From positions 1 to 41,223 of the forward strand of contig CAZMHA010000002.1 of assembly GCA_964565985.1 (NCBI GenBank): DNA of 41,223 nt, written 5' to 3'. The translations under genes and the position numbers were made by a program. This DNA is from an uncultured Piscirickettsiaceae bacterium. GTDB taxonomy: Bacteria > Pseudomonadota > Gammaproteobacteria > Thiomicrospirales > Thiomicrospiraceae. Positions 20,295 to 29,925 of this stretch are shown piece by piece (position 1 is the first letter of the stretch; each line of letters opens with the position of its first letter). The notes beneath the pieces are model-generated. The model was not told the origin of the DNA, did no database searches, and was given only the letters and a program-made list of their open reading frames with translations.

Positions 20295-22574
20295 CTATAA
20301 AGGTACTCCTAAATTAAACTGGAACATTTGTGTTTTATCATCTTTTTTGGCATTTAAAGAATTTGCAAAGCTGAAAGTTAACGGCCCTACAGGAGTAATC
20401 CAAGAAACCCCTAGCCCTGCTGAAGTTCTTAAACCATCTGCACTTGCAGAGTCAATGTTTTTAAAAACATTACCTGCATCAAAAAACAGACTAAAACGAA
20501 GATTATCTGAGTCATCAGCAAAAGGCATTGGAAATATTAATGACACGGTAGAAATCGCTCTAAAAGCTCCTCCTGCGGCATCTGATGAACCATCTGTAGA
20601 AAAATTATAAACAGGGCCTAGAGAGTTGGGATCATAACCACGAACACTACCAATTCCTCCTGCATAAAAATGTTCATAAAAAGGTATTTTTTTATTGCCA
20701 TCATAACCCTTAACAAAAGATAAACCTGCCTTTAGCCTTAGAGTAAAGTTTTTAGATAATGGGAAGAATATGTTTTCATTAGCATATAGCTTATAAAATG
20801 ATATGGTTGAGCTTGTTGGTACAGTTAACTCGAGACTTAAGCTAGTTTTTTGACCATCTGAAGGGAAATAAAATGCATTTCTAGTATCGTAACCCCAGCT
20901 AGAAGACAGCTTTACTGAATCGAACTGTTTACCATGGTCGGTAACATAGCTAGTACATACATTAAACGCAGAATCACAAAGAAGATTTTGATTATCCAAT
21001 TTTACAGAAAAGGAGATATTGCTCCACTCTGAAGTTGGATAACCCATGCTCAAACGCAGGCCATAGTTGTTTAGAGTATAATCAGCAGCACCTAACTCTT
21101 CTGCATCTATTTCACGCAAATATACCCCTCCCCCTAAAGATACACCATCATCCGTGAAAAAAGGATTAGTAACCCCTAAATCTAAAGACTTGGTTGATTT
21201 ACTAGAGGCGGCATTTAAGTTTGCTTTGTACCCTGAACCAAGTACATTTCTTTCTGTAACACCTATTGTAAAGTTTGTTCCATCTACTTGAGAATAACCT
21301 ACTCCAGCATTAAAAGATCCTGTTGATTGTTCTTCTATATCAATAGTTAAATCAACTAAATCATTAGATATTCGGTCTGTTTTTATTGTTGCTTTTTTGA
21401 AAAAACCTAAGCGAGTTAACCTTGTATTAGAACGCCTAACAGATTTTAGTGAATAAGGAGCTGACTCTAACTGCCTTAGTTCTCTTCGAATTACATGATC
21501 TCTAGTACGGGTGTTTCCTTTTATATCTATCCTTCTTACATACACCCTTTTTTTCGGCTCTATTCTAAAGTCAATAGTTACCTTTTTAGTTTTCTCATGG
21601 ATTCTTGTTTTAGGATCTATTTCTGCAAATGCGTAGCCCTCTTCACTCAACCTATCTTTTATTTTATTTACCGTAGCAATTATTTTACTTCTTGAATATA
21701 AATCGTCCTTAAATATTCTTTGTAATTTAACTAATTCTGCTGTTTTTAATATTGCCTCACCCGAAAACTTAATATTTGCAATATCATACTGTGGCCCTTC
21801 ATCAAAGTTAATTGTAATAAATACTTTTGTTTTATCCAAAGATAGGCTTACTTGGCTACTTTTATGTTCAAACTCTGCAAAACCTCTATCCATGTAATAG
21901 GATTTAATAGTTTCCTCATCAGATAGCAATTTTGGCTTAGCATAACTATCACCATCAGAAAAAGTACTAGAATCAGAAAGTAACAAACGGCTTTTAATTC
22001 TCTCATCAGAATATGTTTTATTTCCAACTAAGGTAATTCTACCTATACTAGCAGGCTTACCCTCTTCTACATTCACCTTTAAAGAGACCCTATTTCTATC
22101 CAAGTTAGTGACTATTATTTCTATCTCTGCGGCATAATATCCTTGGTTTTGGTACTGTCTTCTTAAGTCAATGACAATTTTATCTAACTGATTTTGGTTA
22201 AAAATTCGGCCCTTTTTAACACCTAACCCTGCTAAGGCAATTTCTAAGTCTTCTTCTTTTATTAGTTCATTCCCTTCCATAGAAATGTCTGCAATAGAAG
22301 GCCTTTCTTGTACTATTATTTTCAAAACCCCATGCTTTTGTTTATACAGGGCAATATCTTTAAAGAACTTAGTTTGATAAAGTTGTTGTAAGCTCTGCGC
22401 AGAAAGTTCTGGTGTTAACCTGCTACCTATTTCGATAGGCAAATAACTACGAACAGTCTCAAAACTTATTCTTTTATTACCTTCAACAATAATCTTATTA
22501 ACTTTAAAACCGCTCGCTAGAGTTGATTGGTTAATTAATAACAGCGACAAAAATAAAATAAAAACTCTAACCAT
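20295..22574 (-). CDS. bamA: Outer membrane protein assembly factor BamA
   Basis: POTRA repeats, GNTRTRDHVIRRE, SVRGY, C-terminal FQFNLG; start placed at MVRVF (22574). Confidence 0.97.
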   Translation of the reverse strand: MVRVFILFLSLLLINQSTLASGFKVNKIIVEGNKRISFETVRSYLPIEIGSRLTPELSAQSLQQLYQTKFFKDIALYKQKHGVLKIIVQERPSIADISMEGNELIKEEDLEIALAGLGVKKGRIFNQNQLDKIVIDLRRQYQNQGYYAAEIEIIVTNLDRNRVSLKVNVEEGKPASIGRITLVGNKTYSDERIKSRLLLSDSSTFSDGDSYAKPKLLSDEETIKSYYMDRGFAEFEHKSSQVSLSLDKTKVFITINFDEGPQYDIANIKFSGEAILKTAELVKLQRIFKDDLYSRSKIIATVNKIKDRLSEEGYAFAEIDPKTRIHEKTKKVTIDFRIEPKKRVYVRRIDIKGNTRTRDHVIRRELRQLESAPYSLKSVRRSNTRLTRLGFFKKATIKTDRISNDLVDLTIDIEEQSTGSFNAGVGYSQVDGTNFTIGVTERNVLGSGYKANLNAASSKSTKSLDLGVTNPFFTDDGVSLGGGVYLREIDAEELGAADYTLNNYGLRLSMGYPTSEWSNISFSVKLDNQNLLCDSAFNVCTSYVTDHGKQFDSVKLSSSWGYDTRNAFYFPSDGQKTSLSLELTVPTSSTISFYKLYANENIFFPLSKNFTLRLKAGLSFVKGYDGNKKIPFYEHFYAGGIGSVRGYDPNSLGPVYNFSTDGSSDAAGGAFRAISTVSLIFPMPFADDSDNLRFSLFFDAGNVFKNIDSASADGLRTSAGLGVSWITPVGPLTFSFANSLNAKKDDKTQMFQFNLGVPL

Positions 22575-23952
22575 TGGATATACGAACCACATCATTAAAT
22601 ATTGCAAAAAAAGTTAAGCTAAATATTAGCAAAACCCCAAATTGTTGTAAAAAAACCTCATACCTAGCTTTTAAAGGTGTGCCTTTAACTATTTCAACTA
22701 TATACAATACTAAGTTACCACCATCAAGTACAGGTATTGGTAATAAATTTAATATCCCTAGGCTTAAACTTAACAGACCTAAAAGGCTTAAAAAAGATAC
22801 CCAGCCCAATTGTAACGCTTTTCCTGAATAGTCAGCTATAGAAATAGGACCAGATAGATTTGAGACATCTACTTCACCTATAACCATCCTTTTTAGCATA
22901 ACTAAGGTCATTTTTACCATATCAAAACCATGCTCATAGCCTAGTTTTATTGAATCAACAAAACTGTAGTTACTTTTTGAACGATACGGCTGATAAACTT
23001 GTTCATCAAAAAAAACAGAGGCTCCAAAATAACCAATCTCTTGGCTTGCATATTCACGAGATGAGATAATTAATGATGTAGTGCCTATTATTTCTTTCCG
23101 ATAAAATTTTACTTGTAAAAGCTTATTGGGGCTTTTTCGTACTAGTTTGACAAAGCTACTCCAGCTCTTTATAGCTACTCCATCTACTGCTAATATTTTA
23201 TCACCAACTATAAAACCAGACTTATTTGCAGGAGAATTAGGGCTTATATTACCCAATACAGCAGGTAAAGTTGGTAAATCAGGAACAAAACCTAGTTCAC
23301 GAATTCTATTTTGCTTCGGACTATTTATATCCAAATTAGTTAAGGATATCTCAAATTTATTAACCCTTGAAGAATCTAAAAAAGATTTAGTGGTAACTGT
23401 AATTAATGGGCTTTTGTTTATTAGAGATAATAAAACTTGCTGCTCTACTTCTCGCCAAGTATTTACTTTTTTATCATTTATATTAGTTATTTGCCTAGGT
23501 TCTTGTATGTTACCAGCCATAATAGATAGAGGGCTTGAGTCGGTTGCTTTTGCAAAAACTGGTTTAACTCCAGATACCCCAGAAAAATAAATTAAACTAA
23601 AAATCATCCAAGCAAATATTAAGTTAACCAAAGGTCCAGCAATTACCACCGCGAAACGAACAAAAACACTTTGTCGATTGAACGCCCTGGAATAGTCTTC
23701 TTTAGGGTTCATAACAGAGGTTCCATCTCGTTCATCTAAAAACTTAACAAATCCGCCTAAAGGAATCATGGCTACTTTAAAATTAGTTTCTCCTCGCTTA
23801 AAGGAAAAAATGGCTTTTCCAAATCCTATTGAAAAATCTACTACTTTAATATTAAAAAATCGTGCGACAGCATAATGGCCCCACTCATGGATGGTAACTA
23901 AAATACCCATTGCCAGAATAAATCCTAAAATAGACCATAAAACAGTTATCAA
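22567..23952 (-). CDS. rseP: Site-2 metalloprotease RseP
   Basis: HEWGH, PDZ domains, NLLPIPVLDGG. Confidence 0.96.
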   Translation of the reverse strand: MITVLWSILGFILAMGILVTIHEWGHYAVARFFNIKVVDFSIGFGKAIFSFKRGETNFKVAMIPLGGFVKFLDERDGTSVMNPKEDYSRAFNRQSVFVRFAVVIAGPLVNLIFAWMIFSLIYFSGVSGVKPVFAKATDSSPLSIMAGNIQEPRQITNINDKKVNTWREVEQQVLLSLINKSPLITVTTKSFLDSSRVNKFEISLTNLDINSPKQNRIRELGFVPDLPTLPAVLGNISPNSPANKSGFIVGDKILAVDGVAIKSWSSFVKLVRKSPNKLLQVKFYRKEIIGTTSLIISSREYASQEIGYFGASVFFDEQVYQPYRSKSNYSFVDSIKLGYEHGFDMVKMTLVMLKRMVIGEVDVSNLSGPISIADYSGKALQLGWVSFLSLLGLLSLSLGILNLLPIPVLDGGNLVLYIVEIVKGTPLKARYEVFLQQFGVLLIFSLTFFAIFNDVVRISNG

Positions 23953-23953
23953 A

Positions 23954-24763
23954 CTAACTTACCCACTGCCAAATTATAAGGTACAGGGGCATAGCTAAGA
24001 TAAGGCTATCTAATCTATCAAGAACCCCTCCGTGCCCTGGTAAAATCTGGCTACTATCTTTCATTCCAACCTGTCGTTTTAACAAACTCTCAAATAAGTC
24101 CCCAAAAATTGACAAAGCTCCTATTGTGCTTAGTATAAAGGCAAGATAAACATAGGATATGCTTACTTGTGGTGCAACAAGGAGCAAGCCTAAATAAGCA
24201 ATAACAAAAGAAAGAGCTATTCCCCCATAAACCCCTTCCCATGACTTACCTGGGCTAACGAAGCTTGCCAGCTTGTGTTTACCAAGCTTTCTACCACTAA
24301 AGTAGGCTCCTGTATCTACAGCCCAAATAGTGAAAAAACTTAATAAGATAATCTGTGCAGAAAAACTTTGCTTTATTTCTATCATTGAATAGTAAAAAGG
24401 GTAAATAACCAAAAGACCTAAAGCAAACAATAAGAAAGAATTTTCAACTATCTTTTTACCTTTTCTTATTTGGAATGACAAAACGGTAATCACCATAACT
24501 ACCAGTGGTGTTAATAATAAGTACAAAGGAAAGCTACGGTTTTCTATTAAAAAACCTATAAGCAGCGCAGATGCAAGAAAGGCTATGCCCCAAGACAGCT
24601 TTATAACTAACTTTTCTTTTTTAGCAAAACCTGACCACTCATAACCAATAATAAAAGTAACCAATAGCATCAGCATTTGCCACCAAAACATATTTCCTAA
24701 AAACAACATGCCTCCTACAAATAATGCCAATATTGAAGCTGTTATTACTCTAATTTTTAACAT
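23954..24763 (-). CDS. cdsA: Phosphatidate cytidylyltransferase
   Basis: SPGKSWEG, GDLFES.LKR, KDS..ILPGHGGVLDRLDS. Confidence 0.96.
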   Translation of the reverse strand: MLKIRVITASILALFVGGMLFLGNMFWWQMLMLLVTFIIGYEWSGFAKKEKLVIKLSWGIAFLASALLIGFLIENRSFPLYLLLTPLVVMVITVLSFQIRKGKKIVENSFLLFALGLLVIYPFYYSMIEIKQSFSAQIILLSFFTIWAVDTGAYFSGRKLGKHKLASFVSPGKSWEGVYGGIALSFVIAYLGLLLVAPQVSISYVYLAFILSTIGALSIFGDLFESLLKRQVGMKDSSQILPGHGGVLDRLDSLILAMPLYLIIWQWVS

Positions 24764-25472
24764 CTGTTACCTGCTCACTAGTTTTACCAAAACGCCTTTC
24801 ACGATTAGAGAAAGAGGCAATAGCCTTATCAATTGATTTTTCATTAAATTCTGGCCATAGTTCATCTGTAAAGTAAAATTCTGCATAAGCCATTTGCCAA
24901 ATTAAAAAATTACTTATTCGTTGTTCTCCACCTGTTCTAATTAACAAATCAGGTAGAGGCTGGTCAGATAAAGATAAAAACTCTGACAGGCTTTCTTCCG
25001 TCATACTTTCTATAGACTCTTGTGGATTAGCTTGTTGCCATTTTTTTACTGCCCTAACAATATCTGCACGACCGCCAAAATTAGCGGCTATATTAAGAAT
25101 TAAGCCCGTGTTGTTAGCTGTTTTTTCTTCTGCTTTCACTATATGCTCTTGTATTTCAACAGAAAAACCAGACTTTTCTCCAACAATAACTAACTTTACC
25201 CCTGCCTTGTCTAGTTCATTTACCTCTTTTTGTAATAGCTTTAAAAACAAAGACATTAATTTACTAACTTCGTCTTTTGGTCTTCTCCAATTTTCTGTAC
25301 TAAATGCAAATAATGTTAATGACTCTATACCTATTTCACCACAATATTTAACTATATTTTTTAGTGCAACCACACCTTTTTGGTGCCCTACAAACCTAGG
25401 AAGCATTCTTTTTTTTGCCCAACGACCATTGCCATCCATAATGATAGCAATATGCCTTGGCTGATTAGTCAT
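24750..25472 (-). CDS. uppS: Undecaprenyl diphosphate synthase
   Basis: HIAIIMDGNGRWA, FSTENWRRP, RTGGEQRISNF; start placed at 25472. Confidence 0.97.
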   Translation of the reverse strand: MTNQPRHIAIIMDGNGRWAKKRMLPRFVGHQKGVVALKNIVKYCGEIGIESLTLFAFSTENWRRPKDEVSKLMSLFLKLLQKEVNELDKAGVKLVIVGEKSGFSVEIQEHIVKAEEKTANNTGLILNIAANFGGRADIVRAVKKWQQANPQESIESMTEESLSEFLSLSDQPLPDLLIRTGGEQRISNFLIWQMAYAEFYFTDELWPEFNEKSIDKAIASFSNRERRFGKTSEQVTDVKN

Positions 25473-25510
25473 GCTTGTTTTTTTAATCAAAATGGTTACT
25501 TTTATTACAC

Positions 25511-25550
25511 AAATAAAAACGGCCTAGTAAGTGACAACTTAGCTAGACCG
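25511..25550 (-). terminator. Terminator-like hairpin after frr (second hairpin at 25557-25580)
   Basis: Minus strand CGGTCTAG-CTAAGT...ACTTA-CTAGGCCG followed by TTTTTATTT. Confidence 0.65.
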
Positions 25551-25600
25551 AGTAAAACGGCTAATCATATATTATGCCGTAAAATAACTTTTTTTTCAGC

Positions 25601-26158
25601 TTAAATTTCTAATAAAGTAGCTTCTTTCTCTACTAATAACTTATCAATGTCTTGCACAAAAGAATCTGTCTCTTTTTGAATGCTATCTTCCGCATCTCTT
25701 AACTCATCATCAGTTATTTTTTTATCTTTATTTAAACTTTTAAAATCAGAATTTGCATCTCTTCTGATATTACGAACGGCTACTTTTGCATGTTCTGCTT
25801 CTGCCTTAGCAACCTTAACAAACTCCTTTCTTCTTTCTTCTGTCAAAATAGGCATCGGTAAGCGAATTAAATTCCCCGTTGTTGCTGGGTTAATCCCCAG
25901 GTCAGATTCCATAATTGCTTTTTCTACTACAGAAACCATAGGCTGTTCCCAAGGCTGAACTGTCAAGGTTCTCGAATCTTCAACATTTATATTAGCTACC
26001 TGACTTACTGGCACAAAGGTACCATAATAGTCAACAGTTAAAGAATCCAAAATACTAGGATTTGCTCGCCCTGTACGGATTTTGGCAAAGTTAGCTTCTA
26101 AATTTTCTACGGACTTGCCCATTCTTGATTTTGCATCTACTTGAATTTTATTTATCAT
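25601..26158 (-). CDS. frr: Ribosome recycling factor
   Basis: [22 protein letters not shown]. Confidence 0.98.
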   Translation of the reverse strand: MINKIQVDAKSRMGKSVENLEANFAKIRTGRANPSILDSLTVDYYGTFVPVSQVANINVEDSRTLTVQPWEQPMVSVVEKAIMESDLGINPATTGNLIRLPMPILTEERRKEFVKVAKAEAEHAKVAVRNIRRDANSDFKSLNKDKKITDDELRDAEDSIQKETDSFVQDIDKLLVEKEATLLEI

Positions 26159-26865
26159 TTTACCAATGTTCCTTCTTGTTCACCATTAACTATACGCACA
26201 ACTGCATTCTGTTTAAACATATCAAATACGCGAATAGGCATATTATTTTCTTTACAAAGAATAAATGCAGTCGTATCCATTACCTGCAAGTTTTTTTGAA
26301 TAACTTCATCAAAAGAAAGTTCTGTATATAGTGTAGCATTAGAATCTTTCATAGGATCTGCTGAATAAATACCATCAACCTTAGTTGCCTTTAAAACTAT
26401 ATTCGCATTAATTTCAATGCCTCTTAATGCCGCTGCAGAATCGGTAGTAAAGTATGGATTACCTGTTCCAGCTGCAAAAATAGTTACCAAACCATTACTC
26501 AAATCTTTTTTAGCTTGGTTAGCATTAAATGCAATAGATACACCTTCAATAGCCATCGCAGAATATACTTTGGCTTCCATACCCATGTCTTCAAGCACAT
26601 CTCTTAATGCAAGAGCATTCATGACAGTTGCCATCATTCCCATGTGGTCGCCAGTAGTCCTTTGAATACCAGAGCCAGCTATCTGTGCTCCACGGAAGAT
26701 ATTACCCCCCCCCACTACTAAAGCTACTTCAACGCCAATTTCACGCAAAGATTTTACTTCACCAACCACTTGACGCAAAGTATTAGCATCTAAACCAAAG
26801 TCTCCCTGGCCCATTAATGCTTCACCACTAAACTTTAATAAAATTCTTGAATATTTAAGTGACAT
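26155..26865 (-). CDS. pyrH: Uridylate kinase
   Basis: [27 protein letters not shown]. Confidence 0.98.
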   Translation of the reverse strand: MSLKYSRILLKFSGEALMGQGDFGLDANTLRQVVGEVKSLREIGVEVALVVGGGNIFRGAQIAGSGIQRTTGDHMGMMATVMNALALRDVLEDMGMEAKVYSAMAIEGVSIAFNANQAKKDLSNGLVTIFAAGTGNPYFTTDSAAALRGIEINANIVLKATKVDGIYSADPMKDSNATLYTELSFDEVIQKNLQVMDTTAFILCKENNMPIRVFDMFKQNAVVRIVNGEQEGTLVK

Positions 26866-26892
26866 TATTTTCCTTTACCGTGATTTTAAATA

Positions 26893-26940
26893 TAAAAAAG
26901 CTACACTCCATAAAGAAAACCTTAGGAGTATAGCTTTTTA
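26893..26940 (-). terminator. Intrinsic terminator after tsf
   Basis: Minus strand AAAAAGCTATACTCC...GGAGTGTAGCTTTTTT. Confidence 0.75.
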
Positions 26941-26981
26941 TTAAAACTTATAAACTAAATATGCTTAGAACAAGAGTAAAG

Positions 26982-27866
26982 CTAACCAGTTACTGCAGCC
27001 GCTGCAGCCGCAACCTCTTCGGCAAAGTCTAACTCTTCAATCTCAATATTTTCACCAACTTCTAAACGAATAAACGCAGTAACAGTTGCATTATTAGATG
27101 CTAAAAGCTTCTCGATAGTTTGATCAGGATCTTTAACAAAAGCTTGTCCTAATAGGGTGATTTCTTGAAGATACTTACGCATACGACCTTCAATCATTTT
27201 TTCGATAATCTCAGCAGGTTTACCTGAATCAGATGCCTGTTCAATTTGAAACTTACGCTCTTTGTCTAAAACTTCTTGGTCAACATCTTCAGCAGAAATA
27301 GCTGAAGGATTAACCGCAGCAATGTGCATCGCAACATCATGAGCAAGAGCTTCATTACCACCACTAATAGCAACAACAACACCAATTTTTTCACCATGTT
27401 GATACTTGGCAATTAAACCTTCAGAGCTAATTGTTTCAACACGGTTTACAGCCATATTCTCACCAATCTTAGCAACTAACCCACGACGAACGATATCAAT
27501 AGTTTCGCCAGAAGCCACTTTTTCATTCATCAATGAATCAACCGCAGTATTATTAGTCGCTAAAGCGATAGACGCTATTTCATTAGCAAAGTTTTGAAAC
27601 TCATCGCCCTTAGCAACAAAATCTGTTTCACAGTTTACTTCAGCAATAGTTGCAGTTTTCTTATCATCTGCAATAGCTATCGCGATAATTCCTTCTGCGG
27701 CTACTCTGCTTGCTTTTTTATCTGCTCCAGCCATACCTTTTTTGCGTAAAAACTCTATTGCATCATCCACATTACCATAAGTTTCAGTAAGTGCTTTTTT
27801 ACAATCCATCATCCCCGCACCAGTAATAGTACGAAGTTCTTTAACCATAGATGCTGTAACTGCCAT
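26982..27866 (-). CDS. tsf: Elongation factor Ts
   Basis: VKELR..TGAGMMDCKKAL, EVNCETDFVA. Confidence 0.98.
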   Translation of the reverse strand: MAVTASMVKELRTITGAGMMDCKKALTETYGNVDDAIEFLRKKGMAGADKKASRVAAEGIIAIAIADDKKTATIAEVNCETDFVAKGDEFQNFANEIASIALATNNTAVDSLMNEKVASGETIDIVRRGLVAKIGENMAVNRVETISSEGLIAKYQHGEKIGVVVAISGGNEALAHDVAMHIAAVNPSAISAEDVDQEVLDKERKFQIEQASDSGKPAEIIEKMIEGRMRKYLQEITLLGQAFVKDPDQTIEKLLASNNATVTAFIRLEVGENIEIEELDFAEEVAAAAAAVTG

Positions 27867-27949
27867 CTTATAATTCCTTTTTTAAAATTTGGAAAACCTT
27901 ATTAAAATTAATAAGGCTTAAATCCAGACAAGTAATTCTTTATTTAAAA

Positions 27950-29056
27950 CTATGCGTCTGTTTTCTTTTCTGTTTTAGCTACTGCTTTCTTAGCTGCTGG
28001 CTTCTTCTCAGTTGTAGCCGTTGCTTTCTTAGCTGCTGGCTTCTTCTCAGTTGTAGCCGTTGCTTTCTTAGCGGCTGGCTTCTTCTCAGTTGTAGCCGTT
28101 GCTTTCTTAGCTGCTGGCTTCTTCTCAGTTGTAGCCGTTGCTTTCTTAGCGGCTGGCTTCTTCTCAGTTGTAGTCGCTGCTTTCTTAGCTGCTGGCTTCT
28201 TCTCAGTTGTAGTCGCTGCTTTCTTAGCCGCTGGCTTCTTCTCAGTTACCGCTTCTTCTTTCTTAGTCGCTGGCTTTTCAGTTTTAGCTACTACTTTTTT
28301 AGCTGGCTTGTTTTTAACCTTAACTACAGGCTCTTTCTCTTCAACAAAATCGTCACCTTTTACTGCTGTAGTAATAGAACCTTTACCTTCTAAAACAGAA
28401 TCTGCAACTGCAGAAAGGTATAGAGTTATTGCTCTAACCGCATCATCATTACCAGGAACAACATAATCAAGCCCGTCTGGGTCGTTATTAGTGTCAACTA
28501 TTGCAACTACAGGAATACCTAAATTTTTAGCTTCTTGTATTGCAATTTTTTCATTACCTGAATCGATAATAAATATAGCATTTGGCATAGCACGCATATC
28601 TTTTATCCCGCCAAGAGAAAGCTCTAGCTTATTTTTACGGCGAGTACGCATTAACGCTTCTTTTTTAGTGATTTTTTCGAAAGTTCCGTCTTGCTCTTGA
28701 ACTTCTAGCTCTTTAAGCTGCTTGATTGACTGCTTAATTGTCTTAAAGTTTGTCAACATTCCACCTAACCAACGGTGATCAACATAAGGCATACCACAGC
28801 GTTTAGCCTCTTGAGCAACTAACTCACCAGCGGCTTTTTTAGTACCAACAAACAGTACAGTTCCTTTGTTTGCAGCAACTCCACCTAAGAAGTTTAGGGC
28901 ATCGTTAAATAAAGGTAAGGTTTTTTCTAGGTTTATGATGTGAATCTTATTACGAGAACCAAATATGTACTCGTTCATCTTAGGATTCCAGTATCTTGTT
29001 TGATGTCCGAAGTGAACACCAGCTTCTAGCATTTGGCGCATTGTGACTTTAGCCAT
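27950..29056 (-). CDS. rpsB: 30S ribosomal protein S2 with long Lys/Ala/Pro-rich C-terminal extension (368 aa)
   Basis: [25 protein letters not shown]; ATG 29056 with GGAG Shine-Dalgarno. Confidence 0.98.
   Translation of the reverse strand: MAKVTMRQMLEAGVHFGHQTRYWNPKMNEYIFGSRNKIHIINLEKTLPLFNDALNFLGGVAANKGTVLFVGTKKAAGELVAQEAKRCGMPYVDHRWLGGMLTNFKTIKQSIKQLKELEVQEQDGTFEKITKKEALMRTRRKNKLELSLGGIKDMRAMPNAIFIIDSGNEKIAIQEAKNLGIPVVAIVDTNNDPDGLDYVVPGNDDAVRAITLYLSAVADSVLEGKGSITTAVKGDDFVEEKEPVVKVKNKPAKKVVAKTEKPATKKEEAVTEKKPAAKKAATTTEKKPAAKKAATTTEKKPAAKKATATTEKKPAAKKATATTEKKPAAKKATATTEKKPAAKKATATTEKKPAAKKAVAKTEKKTDA
27983..28247 (-). repeat. 39-bp in-frame tandem repeat, about 6.8 copies, encoding [10 protein letters not shown](T/A)(A/T)T
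   Basis: Unit tgctttcttagc(t/g/c)gctggcttcttctcagttgtag(c/t)cg(t/c) read directly. Confidence 0.97.
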
Positions 29057-29070
29057 GATTTTCTCCAATT

Positions 29071-29197
29071 TTGGGTTGTGCCTCCATCTACTCAAAAAAC
29101 GAACCCTTTTACAGCTTTAAACTTAATTAAAACCGCTTAGTTATCAAAGCTGATAACTAATTAGGCACCCCGTTTACTTGTGGTAATAGATGTGCGA
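29071..29197 (-). ncRNA. t44: t44 / S2 autoregulatory leader of rpsB-tsf
   Basis: Conserved blocks CGGGGTGCC, GGGTTCG and TGGAGGCACAACCC on the minus strand upstream of rpsB. Confidence 0.85.
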
Positions 29198-29251
29198 AGT
29201 ATTAAAAAATAAAATTATGCTTAAAAAACCTATGATTTTTCAAGCGGCGTA

Positions 29252-29280
29252 TTTATATCATAAAGCAGGTTAATTTTCAA
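29252..29280 (-). promoter_or_regulatory. rpsB sigma70 promoter
   Basis: TTGAAA-17 bp-TATAAA with extended TG and GC-rich discriminator TACGCCGC. Confidence 0.75.
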
Positions 29281-29307
29281 GAAGACAATACTAAATAAAA
29301 TTCTTTT

Positions 29308-29910
29308 CTAACAAGCTACAAGCCTTAGCTCTCTTATTTCTGCATTATTTAAATGGGGCATTGTTCGTTGTTTGCTGGCAGACAACCTTAAAAAGGCGGT
29401 TTGCAAAATTTGCAAAGTATCTCCATGCGCCACCAATAGGAAGCAGGCGGCCGAATTATTTTCTTCTAAATTACTAATTAATGCGGTTACTCTATCCATT
29501 ACAGAATCTGCACTTTCTACATTATCAAAGGTGTGCGAAGAATCTGTAGCGTCATGCCCCCAAGGAATTTGATAGCTTTTATCTGTAAGTAATTCAAATT
29601 CACCAAAATCTCTTTCGCGTAAACTAATATCTAACTCTAAATCATAATGTGACTGTAAAAGATTATGGGCAATTTGTGCAGTTTCTTCTGCTCGCTTAAA
29701 ATCTGAACTAATTATTCTAGTGCTAGAACTCAAGCCTGTTAAAACAATACTTTCAGCAACTTGTTGCTTACCTAGCGCACTTAATCCATAATTAGGTACC
29801 CCATTTTCAGGGCGACTAACTACAATCCCATCAATATTTGCAAGGCTTTGTCCATGGCGTATAACAAAATATTGGTTTTTTAAAGATAGGTATTTTTCTA
29901 TGTTATTCAT
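29308..29910 (-). CDS. Histidine phosphatase (phosphoglycerate mutase-like) family protein
   Basis: RHGQS, SSDFKRA.ETA, LRERDFG, VAHGD motifs. Confidence 0.92.
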   Translation of the reverse strand: MNNIEKYLSLKNQYFVIRHGQSLANIDGIVVSRPENGVPNYGLSALGKQQVAESIVLTGLSSSTRIISSDFKRAEETAQIAHNLLQSHYDLELDISLRERDFGEFELLTDKSYQIPWGHDATDSSHTFDNVESADSVMDRVTALISNLEENNSAACFLLVAHGDTLQILQTAFLRLSASKQRTMPHLNNAEIRELRLVAC

Positions 29911-29925
29911 AATGGTTTTATTTAT

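Noticed and set aside
27897-27916. CCTTATTAA/TTAATAAGG hairpin between rpsB and tsf as a novelty
   Set aside because: An intergenic stem at this position is ordinary
27983-28247. CRISPR array
   Set aside because: Contiguous in-frame repeats with no unique spacers and no cas genes
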